From positions 2,929,643 through 2,993,642 of the forward strand of contig CM094669.1 of the NCBI GenBank assembly GCA_044231675.1: 64,000 nt of DNA, given 5' to 3'. Shown one piece after another: positions 46,855-62,945 of the stretch. The notes under the pieces were generated by a model, which was given only the letters and a program-made list of their open reading frames with translations, ran no database searches and was not told the DNA's origin. Within the stretch, counting starts at the first letter, position 1; every line of letters begins with the position of its first letter. This stretch comes from Synchiropus picturatus. Lineage: Eukaryota. The translations under genes were made by a program, and so were the position numbers.

Positions 46855-48636
46855 CTAGCTGTGTGGTGGGGCTGCGATGCTGGAGCAGTCTGTGACCAGT
46901 AGTTCTACGGTGGTGGCACTGGACACACTCACCACCTCGCTGGGTCGCGCCACCGTGCCCGCCATGCTTGTGTCGACATCCCCCTGGTTGGCATGTGTGC
47001 CCATGTGACCCTGGAGCTGAGTGGCGGTTTTACACTGGACCCCACACAGCTGGCAGAGCAGCACCCCACCAGCCCCCCCAAAAGCTCCCCGCGCCCCTCC
47101 ACTCTCCTTCCACTCCTGACCGTGGTGTTTCTGAGCGTGGACCCGCAGGTAGGTGAGCGTGGTGAAGCCTGTGACACACACATCGGGTTACCTTAATGAA
47201 CCGTGTGTGCGAGTGTGTGTGTGTGTGTGCGAGACTTACTGCGGTTGCACAGGTGGCAGGCGTGATGCTGTGATTGGTTGTGGACTCTCATGTGATCAGT
47301 GATGTAAGCAGCCGACAGCAGCTTCCCACAGATGTGACACGGAACCTTCTCCTCATGACGGATCAGGTGTGCGCGAAGGCGGTCCCGCGTGGCGAACGCT
47401 GACGTGCACGTCTAACAGGAAGTGAGAACAAGTCATCAGAATTCCTGCTGCAGCCGCCGGAGCAGGTTCAGGAGCAGAGTTACCGTGCACTTGAAGGGCC
47501 GCTCTGTGGAGTGGACCTGCCGGACGTGGCTGTTGAGATGATCCGGGCTGAAACCCAGAACAACAACGTCTTTGGCCTTGGCCCTGCTTTGCTTCACTAA
47601 ACGTGTGCGTGTTACCGTGAGAAGGCTTTGGCGCAGTGCGGACACACGTACGGCTTCTCCACGCCGCCCTGGTGTGAGCGCACGTGATAGCTCATGCGGT
47701 CTTTCCTCTTGAAGCGCTGCTGGCAGATGGGACACGAGTACGGCTTCTCGTCCGAGTGGGACAGTCGGTGCCGGTTCAGGTGGTAAACATCTCGGAAGGC
47801 TTTGCCGCAGGCCTCGCACGCGTGGTTCTTCCGCACCGGAGGGGCCGCCGGGTTGGCAGCTGGGGCCGGGGTCTGCGGAGGCTGAGTCAGAGATGATCAT
47901 GGGCCCGTGAAAACGGAGAAGACTGGTCCATCAGAAGGCGACGTACCTGCTCCAGCGAGCCCACCACCACCACTGCCGCCTGCAGGGGCTGAGCCGGTGC
48001 AGCCATGGTGACGGTCGCCGGAGTGATGGACACGGATATGACTTGGTCATGACCTGTCAGCTGACCAGACTGGGGGAGGCCGTCCTGTCCATTGGGTGGA
48101 GGTGCCGTTTGCGGGGGGAGGGTGAGCTGAAGGAGGGACAGGGGTACCATCTGCTTCTCCACCTTGATACCCTCGTCCTTCTCCCGGGAAACGCGGTCCT
48201 TCATCCTGATGCCGGTGTGGACCGACTGGTGGCGCCGCAGGTTGTAGCTGTTCTTGAACTCCTTGTTGCAGGTGGCACATATGTGCGTGGGACGTGCAGG
48301 CTTTGGTTTGTCTGGAGGACAGAGCACAGGGAGGAGCAACACTTGGAATCTTTTGGAATCTTCTTCGCTTCAGCTGATCATGTGACCAGCAAAGTGACAC
48401 AAAAGCTCACCAGGTAGTGGCTCCTCGCTCAGAGCAGCGGTGTCCACAGTCGAGGGCGGCGTCACTAGCTGTTCCGCCTCCGTGTTTTGGGTTGTGTCGC
48501 CGAGTTCTGGGAGCAGCACCGCCTGCAGTGGCGCCTCCTGCTGGCCCGGAGTTGAAGTCTGTAACATTTTGTTGACAATCATTTTGCCTGAAACTCTCCC
48601 CCATGCTGAGGCGCCGTCCTCCAGCTCCGTCCACAC
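46855..48636 (-). CDS. maz: Myc-associated zinc finger protein (MAZ) ortholog, 6 coding exons: about 48411-48582/48636 (start Met ambiguous), 47943-48320, 47616-47870, 47483-47560, 47233-47412, 46855-47181 (stop included).
   Basis: C2H2 fingers are collinear with remembered human MAZ: THICATCNKEFKNSYNLRRHQSVHTG...MVPLSLL...RKNHACEACGKAFRDVYHLNRHRLSHSDEKPYSCPICQQRFKRKDRMSYHVRSHQGGVEKPYVCPHCAKAFSR|PDHLNSHVRQVHSTERPFKC|T..CTSAFATRDRLRAHLIRHEEKVPCHICGKLLSAAYITDHMRVH.... The N-terminal exon has PSTVDTAAL (human ASTVDTAAL). The C-terminal exon (GFTTLTYLRVHAQKHHGQEW...CQLCGVQCKTATQLQGHMGTH...) differs from the human isoform-1 tail. Confidence 0.85.
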
Positions 48637-49394
48637 TAATGTGGCATTTACTGAGCTTTGTGACTCTGTTGACTTGAAAAAGTCTTTGCAATTTCACAAG
48701 CTAGACTCGATGTGGTAGAATAATAAGAGAACCACCCTTAGAATTTAGCGTATTTCCAGCAACGCACAACCTGCATCTCTTTTGTTTACTGATTGATGAC
48801 GTCACTATGGTCTATTCGCCCCAAACGTGCCCCTCTGCAGGCATGAAAAATATTTAGCCAGTGACCAAAAAGGAGGCCTGACGGGTGAACTCCCGTGGTC
48901 TTTGACCTTTGACCTTCCCCGACATCAACAGAACCCAGGTCTCACCTGGAAGAGGAAGTTGCTCCAGGACGTGTCCATGCTGGACTTCGGATGGTTCTCA
49001 GGCGTCCAGCTCGGTTCCGGATCGGCGGTTGAAACCAGAGAAAGACGCTGTCAATTGGAATCCAAGGTCTCTCTGCACCTCACTGGTTCTGTGAATGAAG
49101 CAATGAGTGAATAAAATATGATCGGTTCCCGTGAAGCTGACATTCTGGTTTGTGGAAGTGCGACGCGGGTTCCATTCTTTAGCTTTCATGTGAACTTGAA
49201 ACACTGTTGCTTATGTCTACAGGAGTATCTGGAGCATGCAAACTAAAGGCAGTGCAGAAAGGAATTTTGCGGCGCTGATCACCATCTGCAGCTCAGCAGG
49301 TCCACTGAGGCCGCGGCGTCGCTGCAAAGCCTCGGTGTTTCGTAGATCTCGTCCCCGCTCTAACACGCTCCGTTTCGGCTGCAGTCCGTGGCTC

Positions 49395-49460
49395 CGCCTC
49401 GGAGGGGGGATGTCATCTTTCTCTTTTTTTCAGATTTTCCCTCCCCCTCTTTTCTTTCTT
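49395..49460. promoter_or_regulatory. G-rich and CT-rich tracts (ggagggggga ... ttttccctccccctcttttctttcttctcc) in the maz 5' flank, including GGGAGGG-type motifs (the MAZ/Sp1 ME1a1 class).
   Basis: Motifs were read directly. Function is inferred only from position upstream of maz and the known MAZ binding preference. Confidence 0.3.
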
Positions 49461-50768
49461 CTCCTCTTTTTTTTATCTTCTGGCCCCCACTGTCCCTCTG
49501 ATTTAAAGGGAACGTATTTAGTGTTCGCACCCTCCTCACCGACCCCCGCCCGTCCCCCGACAAACAATCGAATCCGTCGTTCTCGGGATCCGTTAGATCC
49601 GGTCGCGTTTCCGTCCAGAGACAAACCTCCCGTCGTTTTCAGTCGCACGCCGACGTCCGTTCGGTTCCGACGGTCGATGTGTTGCTGAAAATGGTGTCGA
49701 GTTTCGCTAAAATCGCTTCATCGCTTCTCCACTTAAAGGTACCGATGCGCGCAACCGCTGGATCAGCCGACACATGACGTCCCGCCAGGGCAGGACCGCA
49801 GACGAACTCCGTCCACAAACCCTCCAATTTTAGCTTGATTCGCGTGTCAACGGACGCTCAGACCAGATTTCAGCTCCGAACTCAGTCCGCGCGTCACGTG
49901 TCCAGGCGAGAGGAATTCGGCATTGATTTCAAAGAGCCAGGTGACTCGTGTGAGGTACATTCTGCCAATCTCTTCCAGAATCCTATGATGATGATGATCG
50001 AGCTCAGGAGTCCAGAGGGCAAAGGTTCCATTTCTGTTGTACTCCGGTTCTTAATGAACACACAAGTTAAGAATATTAACACAAGATATAATTAACTATA
50101 AAGAATCTCATCCACTTAATTGTGGCTTAAAAAATCTATTTGATCAGTAGACTTTCATCTGTCTTTCTAGAGGTGATTCAAAGTGATTCTTGCGTTTTCA
50201 AGTCAAAACAAGAGAGAAAAAACTCAATCTCCATTTTATTCTGCAAATCAGAGTGTGAACCAGCAGCCAACAACAACTAAAATTTCAACATCAAGCGTTA
50301 CTCGCATACCAGCGACATGTTCGGCATGTGATTACATGCCGTAATCTCCCTGTTCCCCAAAAATAGAAAAGCCACACTTCTAAAAAGCGCAGACTCTGAT
50401 TGCATCATCCGCACACGCGAGTGGCAGCACCACACCACTGGACAGAAGCAACAAAAACAAGCCTACTGCTAACAGTGCGCAGCTAAACACAAGGTCTCGT
50501 ACGTGACGGAATATATCAGGAAATCTGAGCGAGCCAGAGCCTTCCTGTGAGGAGCTTGGGTTCTGAAGGGACCAGGGTGCAGGTAGCTTGTTCCAAACCT
50601 GGTGCTGCTTTGCGCCTGGCTTCTTCCTGACAGCTGCATGTGTGTGGCTGTGAAGCATCACGTCACCCGGCTGGTTGCCATGGTTTCAACATAATAAAAC
50701 TCAGAAAAAAAAAACATTTTAAATATTTGGTCGACACGGCAAAAAGACAAACATTCCACGGCAGTATC

Positions 50769-51978
50769 TCAGTGGGACTTGGCGGCGCTCTCTCGCTCGG
50801 CCGCGTCCATGGCGGCCATGTTCTGCGAGGCGGTCACCAGGTGGACCAGACTGATGAGGGACTTGACCACACAGATGATGCCGCACAACACCTGCAGGTA
50901 GAAGAACCACGCTGCGCACAAACACACGTGGATCAGACTCCTGGTTACCAAGCCATGGATGACAAGTCTCACCAGCAGGTTGCTCCAGGTGATGGGCCAC
51001 GTAGAGCAGGCAGAAGAAGAGCTCATTTCCCATGCACATGACGAAGAGCACGGGCTGCAGCGGCACACAGTTACTGTCCTACTTTTCCAGGTACAGAATC
51101 ACTGTGGACCCGGCACCTGAAGGGGTCTCTTACCTTGGAGGTGTAGTACAGTCTCAGGACCGGGTTGCCAGAGAGGTCGATGGTCTTGTGGCTGCTGAAG
51201 CCTTTCACGGTGGAGCTGTGCATCAGACATGACAGGTGTCACTCACCATTGGCACTCGGGGCTGAACAGGTGCGTCATACCTGTGCAAGTGCAGCCAGTG
51301 GCTGGCGATGTCCAGACACATGCTGAGCTGGAACAGGAAGGTGTAAGACGGGTAGAGCAGCGACAGGTTGACCAGCAGACACATGGTGGCGCAGCGGTCG
51401 GTCAGCATGTCCAACATGGCACCAAACTTGGTGGCTGCAAGTCATCACAAGGCAAGTCACGGCTGGGGTCAGAGGTGAGGCCATGACTCGGCACGGGCAC
51501 CCACACTGGTTCAGCGCGCGGGCAGCGTGTCCGTCAAAGGCGTCCAGGAGGCTGCTCAGCAGGTAGCAGAAGGTGGCGTTCCAGGGACTGAAGGGCATGA
51601 GGTAGAAGGACAGCAGCGCCAGGACGATCCGGGCGTAACCTAGGAGACAAGGTCAAGTGGCACCTGAGCTGTCATGGAGGTCCGCTCATGTGGGACCCAG
51701 AAAAAAAACCTCAACAGAGGAGCAAGTGTCGACCCTGGAAAATGACGTAAGCGTGACGACACGACCCTTTACATCCGGAGACCTCCAGGATATGAAGAGT
51801 ATTTTTGTTAAATAGGTCGACACGATCCTGTTGCTTCCAGAGGGGACATGCGATGCCGCAGCCGCTTAAAATCCGTCAACTACAATCTTCACAATGGGAG
51901 TCCGGCCGGAGGTAAAGCTAACAAGCAAGCTAACACTAAACTCACCGATCAGGTTCGGCACGAACAGGAAGATGTTCT
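50769..51978 (-). CDS. cdipt: CDP-diacylglycerol--inositol 3-phosphatidyltransferase (phosphatidylinositol synthase, CDIPT) ortholog, 6 coding exons: 51946-51978 (ATG at 51978), 51505-51631, 51282-51434, ~51134-51222, ~50975-51056, 50769-50922 (stop included).
   Basis: Reads MTENIFLFVPNLI|GYARIVLALLSFYLMPFSPWNATFCYLLSSLLDAFDGHAARALNQ|S..TKFGAMLDMLTDRCATMCLLVNLSLLYPSYTFLFQLSMCLDIASHWLHLH|STVKGFSSHKTIDLSGNPVLRLYYTSK|PVLFVMCMGNELFFCLLYVAHHLEQPA|AWFFYLQVLCGIICVVKSLISLVHLVTASQNMAAMDAAERESAAKSH*. It is collinear with remembered human CDIPT (MPDENIFLFVPNLIGYARIVFAIISFYFMP...LLDAFDGHAARALNQGTRFGAMLDMLTDRCSTMCLLVNLALLYP...SHWLHLHSS...IDLSGNPVLRIYYTS...KSLISVIHLITAARNMAALDAADRAKKK). Confidence 0.9.
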
Positions 51979-53731
51979 CGGTCATTTTTGACGTCGTCGT
52001 TGGTCCAGCGGTGTTTCAGACGGACACCTGACTGAATCTGTCCGTAGGAAGATGTAGATCGGCGAGCAACTCTCGGACGCTCCGTGCCGCTCTCGAGTCC
52101 ACAGGAAGAGCTTCAGCCGAATCCCTTCAAAGTAAAAGCCTCCGCAGTGAGATTGAGTTATTTATAATGTCTCCCGACCGATATGTCAGACAATGCCCCG
52201 TTATTTGAGTCCCACGAGTCTTTGGACAAAAGTAGACGTTCTTTGATGCTTCTCATCATCATTCTGGATTCTCTTGCCACTTAAACGCCCTAATCACCAA
52301 AGTTCTGTCAGTTGCGATGTTTCTCCCGGGTGTTTTCACCCGTTGACGCTTGTGAAGGGAATGAAAATGGTTTCCACAACAATGAACAGACTCGGCAACC
52401 AGTTTTTCTTCTTTAATTTCTCCAAAATTATTTCTGTACATTTTTTTTCATCTTGCTTTGAACCTGAACATCTGGGTTGCACCCGACTGGACTCAACTGC
52501 GCCGTCCTCCGACATCATCCACTGCTGATGCCACAAGTTTATCTCTCAGAAACTGAATGACCCAAAAAGATCAGGACAACTTTCTGATGTTGACTCCAGA
52601 ACAAAAGTGGCCGGTGGGTGTCAGTTCGGCTCCTGTCGTGCCTCAATGCTCCAAGTCCTTGCCGTGCGGACCATATCCAAAAGTTTGTGCAACATTATAT
52701 CCTGCGACTGTCTTGAGGAATGTGACGCACTCAAACACAAAACTCAAATTGGCAACAGAAATGCAACCAGGCGGAAACATGAGCGCCCCCTACAGATGGG
52801 AAACCCACATGACTTCCTCCCACACGCAGGAAAACCACATGGAAAAAAAAAGCAAAATTATAAAAGTGATTTCACTCGTTCACCAGAACATTCTTTCACT
52901 TTCAGTGCAAATGAGGTAGCCATGACGACAGAGGACAGAGGTCACGACCCGCTGTGCGGATGTTTCGACTCATTCAGACTTTTGAAAATAAAATTAAAAT
53001 AAAAGGGGAGGGATGGGGGATGTTATTGGCACAGGAAGTGGAAATAATACTGGCTGCAATATAAACATCAACCCCAGCCACAAAATCTGGGAAATAAAAT
53101 TCTTAAAATACTTTATAGCTTTATCACAGTAACGTTGCCTTCCTCATCGCCACCTAGTGGTAAAAAATTGGCGTCAACAATAAAAACCATAAATATTGCA
53201 GCTGCAGTAGTCTTCAGAACAACATGTCTAAAACAGCTAATTAGCGTTAGCGCTTCTATGTACATTTTCGGTGTCCCCACAGTAGTTGCTGTGGCAACAA
53301 CAACAACCGCTAACTTTTGTCGTTTCTTTTGTACACATCGCAAACATGAGCTTTTTGTACTAAAAGTTTTTGGAATTCCATTTTTGGAAACAGCTCCTTT
53401 TTCAAATCTCCATTTCACTGGACATGTGACCAGACCAGAACAAAAAGGTAAAGTTAAGGAACATGAGAGTCATGAGCTTGGAAGATTCCCAGAGGTCAGA
53501 GGTCATGATGGCGGTAGTTGAGCCCTGATCCAAAAACCACAATTCTTTGTATGTACATCATTAAGGTCATGGGTCAGGTGCCGTTAAAAACATGGCCGTG
53601 CAGGCGCCCACCCGGGTGGCTTGAAATGAAAAACAATTCTGAGAAACTCCTCATGTGGCTCTTAAAGGTTGAAAATAAACTGATGAATTTGATAAAAGAA
53701 CAAAAACAGGAAATCCTGAACACAGCAGTGT

Positions 53732-58458
<4,727 letters not shown>

Positions 58459-59849
58459 GGCCAGGGCCTGGAGGGGGGAGGCGGCAACACAGACACAATC
58501 AGTGAGGACAAAGTGTCATCTTAAGTGTCAATTGGGTGGCAGTAGCACAGGAGGTCTGGGTCCGAATGTTGAGCAATCGGCGCAGTTACAGAAGCTTGGA
58601 CACGTTTATATTTGGACAATGTGACCTGGTTCTGAGTGTGAAACTGCCACTGCTTCCTTCCCTGAGAATAGATGCCATCAGGGTCTAAGTTAACCATCAC
58701 ATTGCAACGGTATTGAAGGGGTGATGCGCTTTTCTCGCAAACCATCACTGCGTTTTGGAGGTTCTGAACCTCCCAGCAGAATATCCAGGATCTGCGTGGT
58801 CACATGCCAAATTGCAAAGGTGAAGCCCAAAGCGAACCAACTCTCAACAGTTTTTCACTTGTCTCTCAGGACCAGAACAATGTTTAATCTGAAGCATAGA
58901 ATGTGACAGAGGTCACCGATTGTCCCGGCGAATGATACCAATGAGAGACGGTCACATGACCTAGTTAAAGTGCCGAAAGAAAAAGAAGTTTCAAGATGGC
59001 AGCATTATACAGCCCTGCATGACTTGAATGACGTCAGTACAAAAGCCAGTCAGTCTGACAACCCGTCGCGAAGACACCCAGAACAAATCGAACCCGTAAC
59101 TAATACAGCAGCATCAGTGATCCGCAGTCAGGTCAGCTGATGGCTGTGCATCATCACAGGAATTTCCCAAATGACAATAAACCTTCTGGATCAGCTGAAG
59201 GTTACAGAACAAACCTCCTTATGTATATGTATCCTTCTGTATTATGTATAATGTTTCAGAAACATCTTCCTAGGGCAGTCGAGACAGAGAGAGTTTCCAT
59301 GCAGCTATCCATCAAGAAGCGCGTTATCGCTCTCTGGAGCGAGGTCATCCGAGAGAGAACAAGAGCAGAGCAGCGCAACACGATCAGAACAAGGAAGTCT
59401 AACAGGGAAGTCTACACTCTGACACACTAAAATCCTGTGGGAAGTCATCGAATGGCCCAGCCAGGACGGAAACAAATCTCAGCAATAAAGAGGCTGTTGA
59501 CTGAAACTGACAATAAAAGATTACAGTCTACTTCGTTCATTGTTGTCCTCGATCACAATAACATCTACAACGGAGCCACTCGTTGTTTTTTCCTTTGCAT
59601 TCCAAGCAGTCTACATGTTCATTGTTCTCGGTCTACGGTACCAAACAGACTCCAGTCTCTCTGACCCAGATAACGCCGTGGCGATAATTCTCAGCTCCCA
59701 CCACTGGATGTGAAAATAACCATACGAACCGATCATGAACCGAGACAAAATACATCGAATCCGCAACCATTGTCGGGTTTAGACCATACACGACACGAGC
59801 AGGGACGGGACTCACCGCGGCTGGTTGTGGTTCCGCTATGGAACAGAAC

Positions 59850-60300
59850 AGGAGGGTTAGCTGGCGACCTAGCGGGCTTCACTCCACATTTCGCAGCGGA
59901 TACTCAATACGACGCCCACTCCATTTTGTCGAACGATTGTCTGAGTAGACACCAGAGTTTAGGCGGTTGCGTTGCACAGGACGGGATCCTTGAGACCCGC
60001 CGGCTGGTTCCGATACACGGCCACTAGCATCGGCTATCCCTTCGGCTTAGCTCTGTTAGCCTGGAGACTAACGGTTCCTCGGGGTGTGGCCGACGGGTCT
60101 ACGGTGGGCTTCGCACCCGAACACTGACGTAGGAACCCGGCAAGATATCGGCATTGAGTCGGAGAAGACTATGTCCCGTCCCGGTTCGGCCTGGCTCCGC
60201 CGCCGTTTTTGTTCTAAACACAAGATGGCACAGAGGGGCGGGGCTCCGAGGCGGAAACTGACACATTCTAGTTCCGCTCAGTCTTCCGCCGGAGAAATAA
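59850..60300. promoter_or_regulatory. CpG-rich island, likely the TAO kinase promoter and 5'UTR exon region.
   Basis: Dense CpG (gcggttgcgttgcacaggacgggatcc..., ggcctggctccgccgccg...) located 1.4-1.8 kb 5' of the ATG exon. No closer upstream coding exon was found. Confidence 0.4.
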
Positions 60301-60699
60301 AGTTGCAATGAAAAGTTTATTCTTTATAAATGAACCGTTTAAATCGGTTCTGCTGACAACATTCTTCGCATATATAGTTTTAGACACACACTAGTGAACC
60401 AGTGAAAAGACAATTTAACGAGTATGTAAAAACGCAGATCAATTCAATGCATGGAATTTGCTCGCCATCTTCATTTTGGGCCACCTTTTTACCAGCATGG
60501 AGTTGTCGCTCGTCCACCTGCTGAGACTACAGAGTGAGGGTTGAGGAGATGAATCTGACCACTATTAAACGAAAGAAAAAAGAAATGAAGTCACTTCCTG
60601 CCAGATTCCATGAAAACATAATTTATTCAGCCATTTGGAATTAAACAATCTCTAAAAGAAGGGCAGTCTGACAAAGCCTGACAGGCTCAAGTCCCTGTT

Positions 60700-62312
60700 T
60701 TAGCCCAAGAAGGTGGAGATGAAGACGCTGGTGTCAAGGTTGAGGGTGGCGTGCCACCAGCGGTCAGGGAAGTACAGAACCTAAGACACAAACACAGGAA
60801 AAGTATCGGACATTAGATGGAACTCAGAACTACAGAATCATTCTCTTCACTTTATAAAGAACTGGTTTGACTTCACAGGCTCACGCACCTCTCCCGGTCG
60901 GATGGTACACTCAAGTGGAGCGTGCTCTACGGGTAGCTGGGGGTAGGTGTGCATCAACCAGGACAGTGTTGTGCTGTTGGGATGGAAGTCGGGCTGGCGA
61001 TCGGGTGGGTAGAGGAACCAACGCTGCACAAACAAATCTTTTCGTAAATTATGTCAAACAAGACCAGTGACTCAGAGGAGTCAGAGCCCTCCACCTTGCG
61101 ACCGTAGACCACCTCTGAGTACCCAGGTCCATGCCAGTGGAACGGGACTCCGGTGCCGGGACCTGAAGAGGAGCAGACTCTTAACACAAGGTTTCCCTGC
61201 TATTCCACTCTCACCCTCAACAACAGACACCAAACCACCTTCACCCCTCCACCAACACTCAACCTTAACTTGCGATGGTGCTCACCAGCGATACCAAAGC
61301 TGAGTGCGGCACTTGTGTTAGGCAGCACATATGGAGGTTTTCGGTACAGCTGGAACAGACTGTTCCACTCTGTGTAGTTGTTGTCCCCGAAAAAGTACAA
61401 GGTGTCTGCAAGGCAATGGAAAACTGTTTAGCTCTTTATCTGTCCAGAAACTGACGAAAAAGAAAGAAAAGAAAAGAAAAAGGAAGTGACCGCTGCCCAG
61501 TGCGTCGGGAGTCTGTGGCCTCAGCAGCTCTGACACATGTTCTCGGAATGGAACATCAACTGGAATACAGAAGTCAAACAATCAGAATAGGAATCATGTG
61601 CGACCGGAATCCACACAGATTTGGTCCCACTTTGACTACTGTTGTGAAAGTGCTTATAGATCATCAAAATGTAGGTCATGAATGGACTAGCTCGATGTTT
61701 TTTAGATGGCGGAGAGTAAACATGGGGCGCAGAATGTTGCTGCAGTGAACAAAGGAACGGCGGTGAACGCTTCTACCTTTCCTGTAGGAGAAGGTGTTGG
61801 CGGTGCTGAGACGCACTCGCAGGTCCCCAAAGTCCTTGAGCAACCGATTCCGGGAAGTCCATCGACGGAACTCCTGAAACAGGGGACACACGTGAGACTC
61901 AGAGCACACAGCAGCAGCACCATCACCAGCTGGCGTACCGAGTTATCAGTGAGTCCCCTGATGATGACCGGTCCACTGTACGCATACCTGCACGCACACC
62001 CAATTACGAGTCTCCAACGTGAGAAGAACAGGTGAGCTCCTGACCTCACCTGTGCATGAACTGGCCATACGAGATGGCTGAAGATTCCAAGACATCAATG
62101 TTGCAGGGTCCTTCGTCCAGACTCGGATCTACTGACCTGCGCGCACAAGGGTTTCATTGAGTTTAATGCGACTCCTGGATGAGTGTGGGCGAGTGCGCGC
62201 GTTCTTCGACTGACCAGCCGCCGTCCTCCGTCTGTAGCTTCGACCCGACAATATGTGGAAGGCATGCTAGACACACTTGCAGAAAACTGCTCACTAGAAA
62301 GTTGAACTTCAT
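60700..62312 (-). CDS. jmjd8: JmjC domain-containing protein 8 (JMJD8)-like, a secreted/ER cupin. 8 coding exons: 62215-62312 (ATG at 62312, signal peptide), ~62051-62138, ~61952-61999, 61786-61875, 61274-61403, 61097-61163, 60878-61024, 60700-60776 (stop TAA at 60700-60702).
   Basis: Reads MKFNFLVSSFLQVCLACLPHIVGSKLQTEDGGW|SVDPSLDEGPCNIDVLESSAISYGQFMHR|YAYSGPVIIRGLTDNS|QEFRRWTSRNRLLKDFGDLRVRLSTANTFSYRK|DTLYFFGDNNYTEWNSLFQLYRKPPYVLPNTSAALSFGIAG|PGTGVPFHWHGPGYSEVVYGRK|RWFLYPPDRQPDFHPNSTTLSWLMHTYPQLPVEHAPLECTIRPGE|VLYFPDRWWHATLNLDTSVFISTFLG*. The assignment to JMJD8 rather than another JmjC protein is from memory of its sequence blocks (EEPCNIE, GLTDNS, RLSTANTYSY, DTLYFFGDNN, GSGVPFHWHGPGYSEV, RWFLYPP, EVLYFPDRWWHATLNLDTSVFISTFLG). 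Confidence 0.75.
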
Positions 62313-62945
62313 GGAGCTCTCGGGAACAGAAACTGGAGCAGAGCGGACGTCAAACGGATGCAGCACAACACTTCCTGGACGCAAGCCAATCACAAGCGAG
62401 AAAGCGTGCTGCGTTCAGGGTCGGATCGGAATACAGAGAGAGCACGGTCTTGATCGTAAATTACCGCAGCTTGACTCAAAAATAGTGTTTTTTGCCAACT
62501 GCACAATTTTAATATTAGCATTTTTTATATAATTGTTTCGTTCATGCTATTTTTTTCATTTGGGGATTATTTAAGAAGCACCTTAATGGATGAATTAAAC
62601 TTGTCTGACACATTATTTTATCTTCCTTTCTTTGTACAGGAATGAAACAAGAAAACAAATGGAGCGGCTTTACAGAAATGCCAAGAGTCAGATGTCTACA
62701 ACAGGCAACACCTGTATTCCAAAGTCACCTGCTCCTGTATGATTTTGTGAATCTGACAAATCACAGCACAAGGCAACAAAGCAGTGTTCTTCTGAAGAAT
62801 CAGAATCAGAATCATATTTATTGCCATGATCAGTGGGGAGCCCACTGACTAGGAAAGTGCCTTGGAATAAAGTGCAACAAAAAACAAATAAAAAAAAAAT
62901 AAAATAAAATAAATAGAATAACATAACAAGAAAAAACAAGGCTGT

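Noticed and set aside
49236-49688. 150-aa plus-strand ORF upstream of maz
   Set aside because: Low-complexity (poly-F/L/P) translation of a pyrimidine-rich promoter or 5'UTR tract. No start context or homology.
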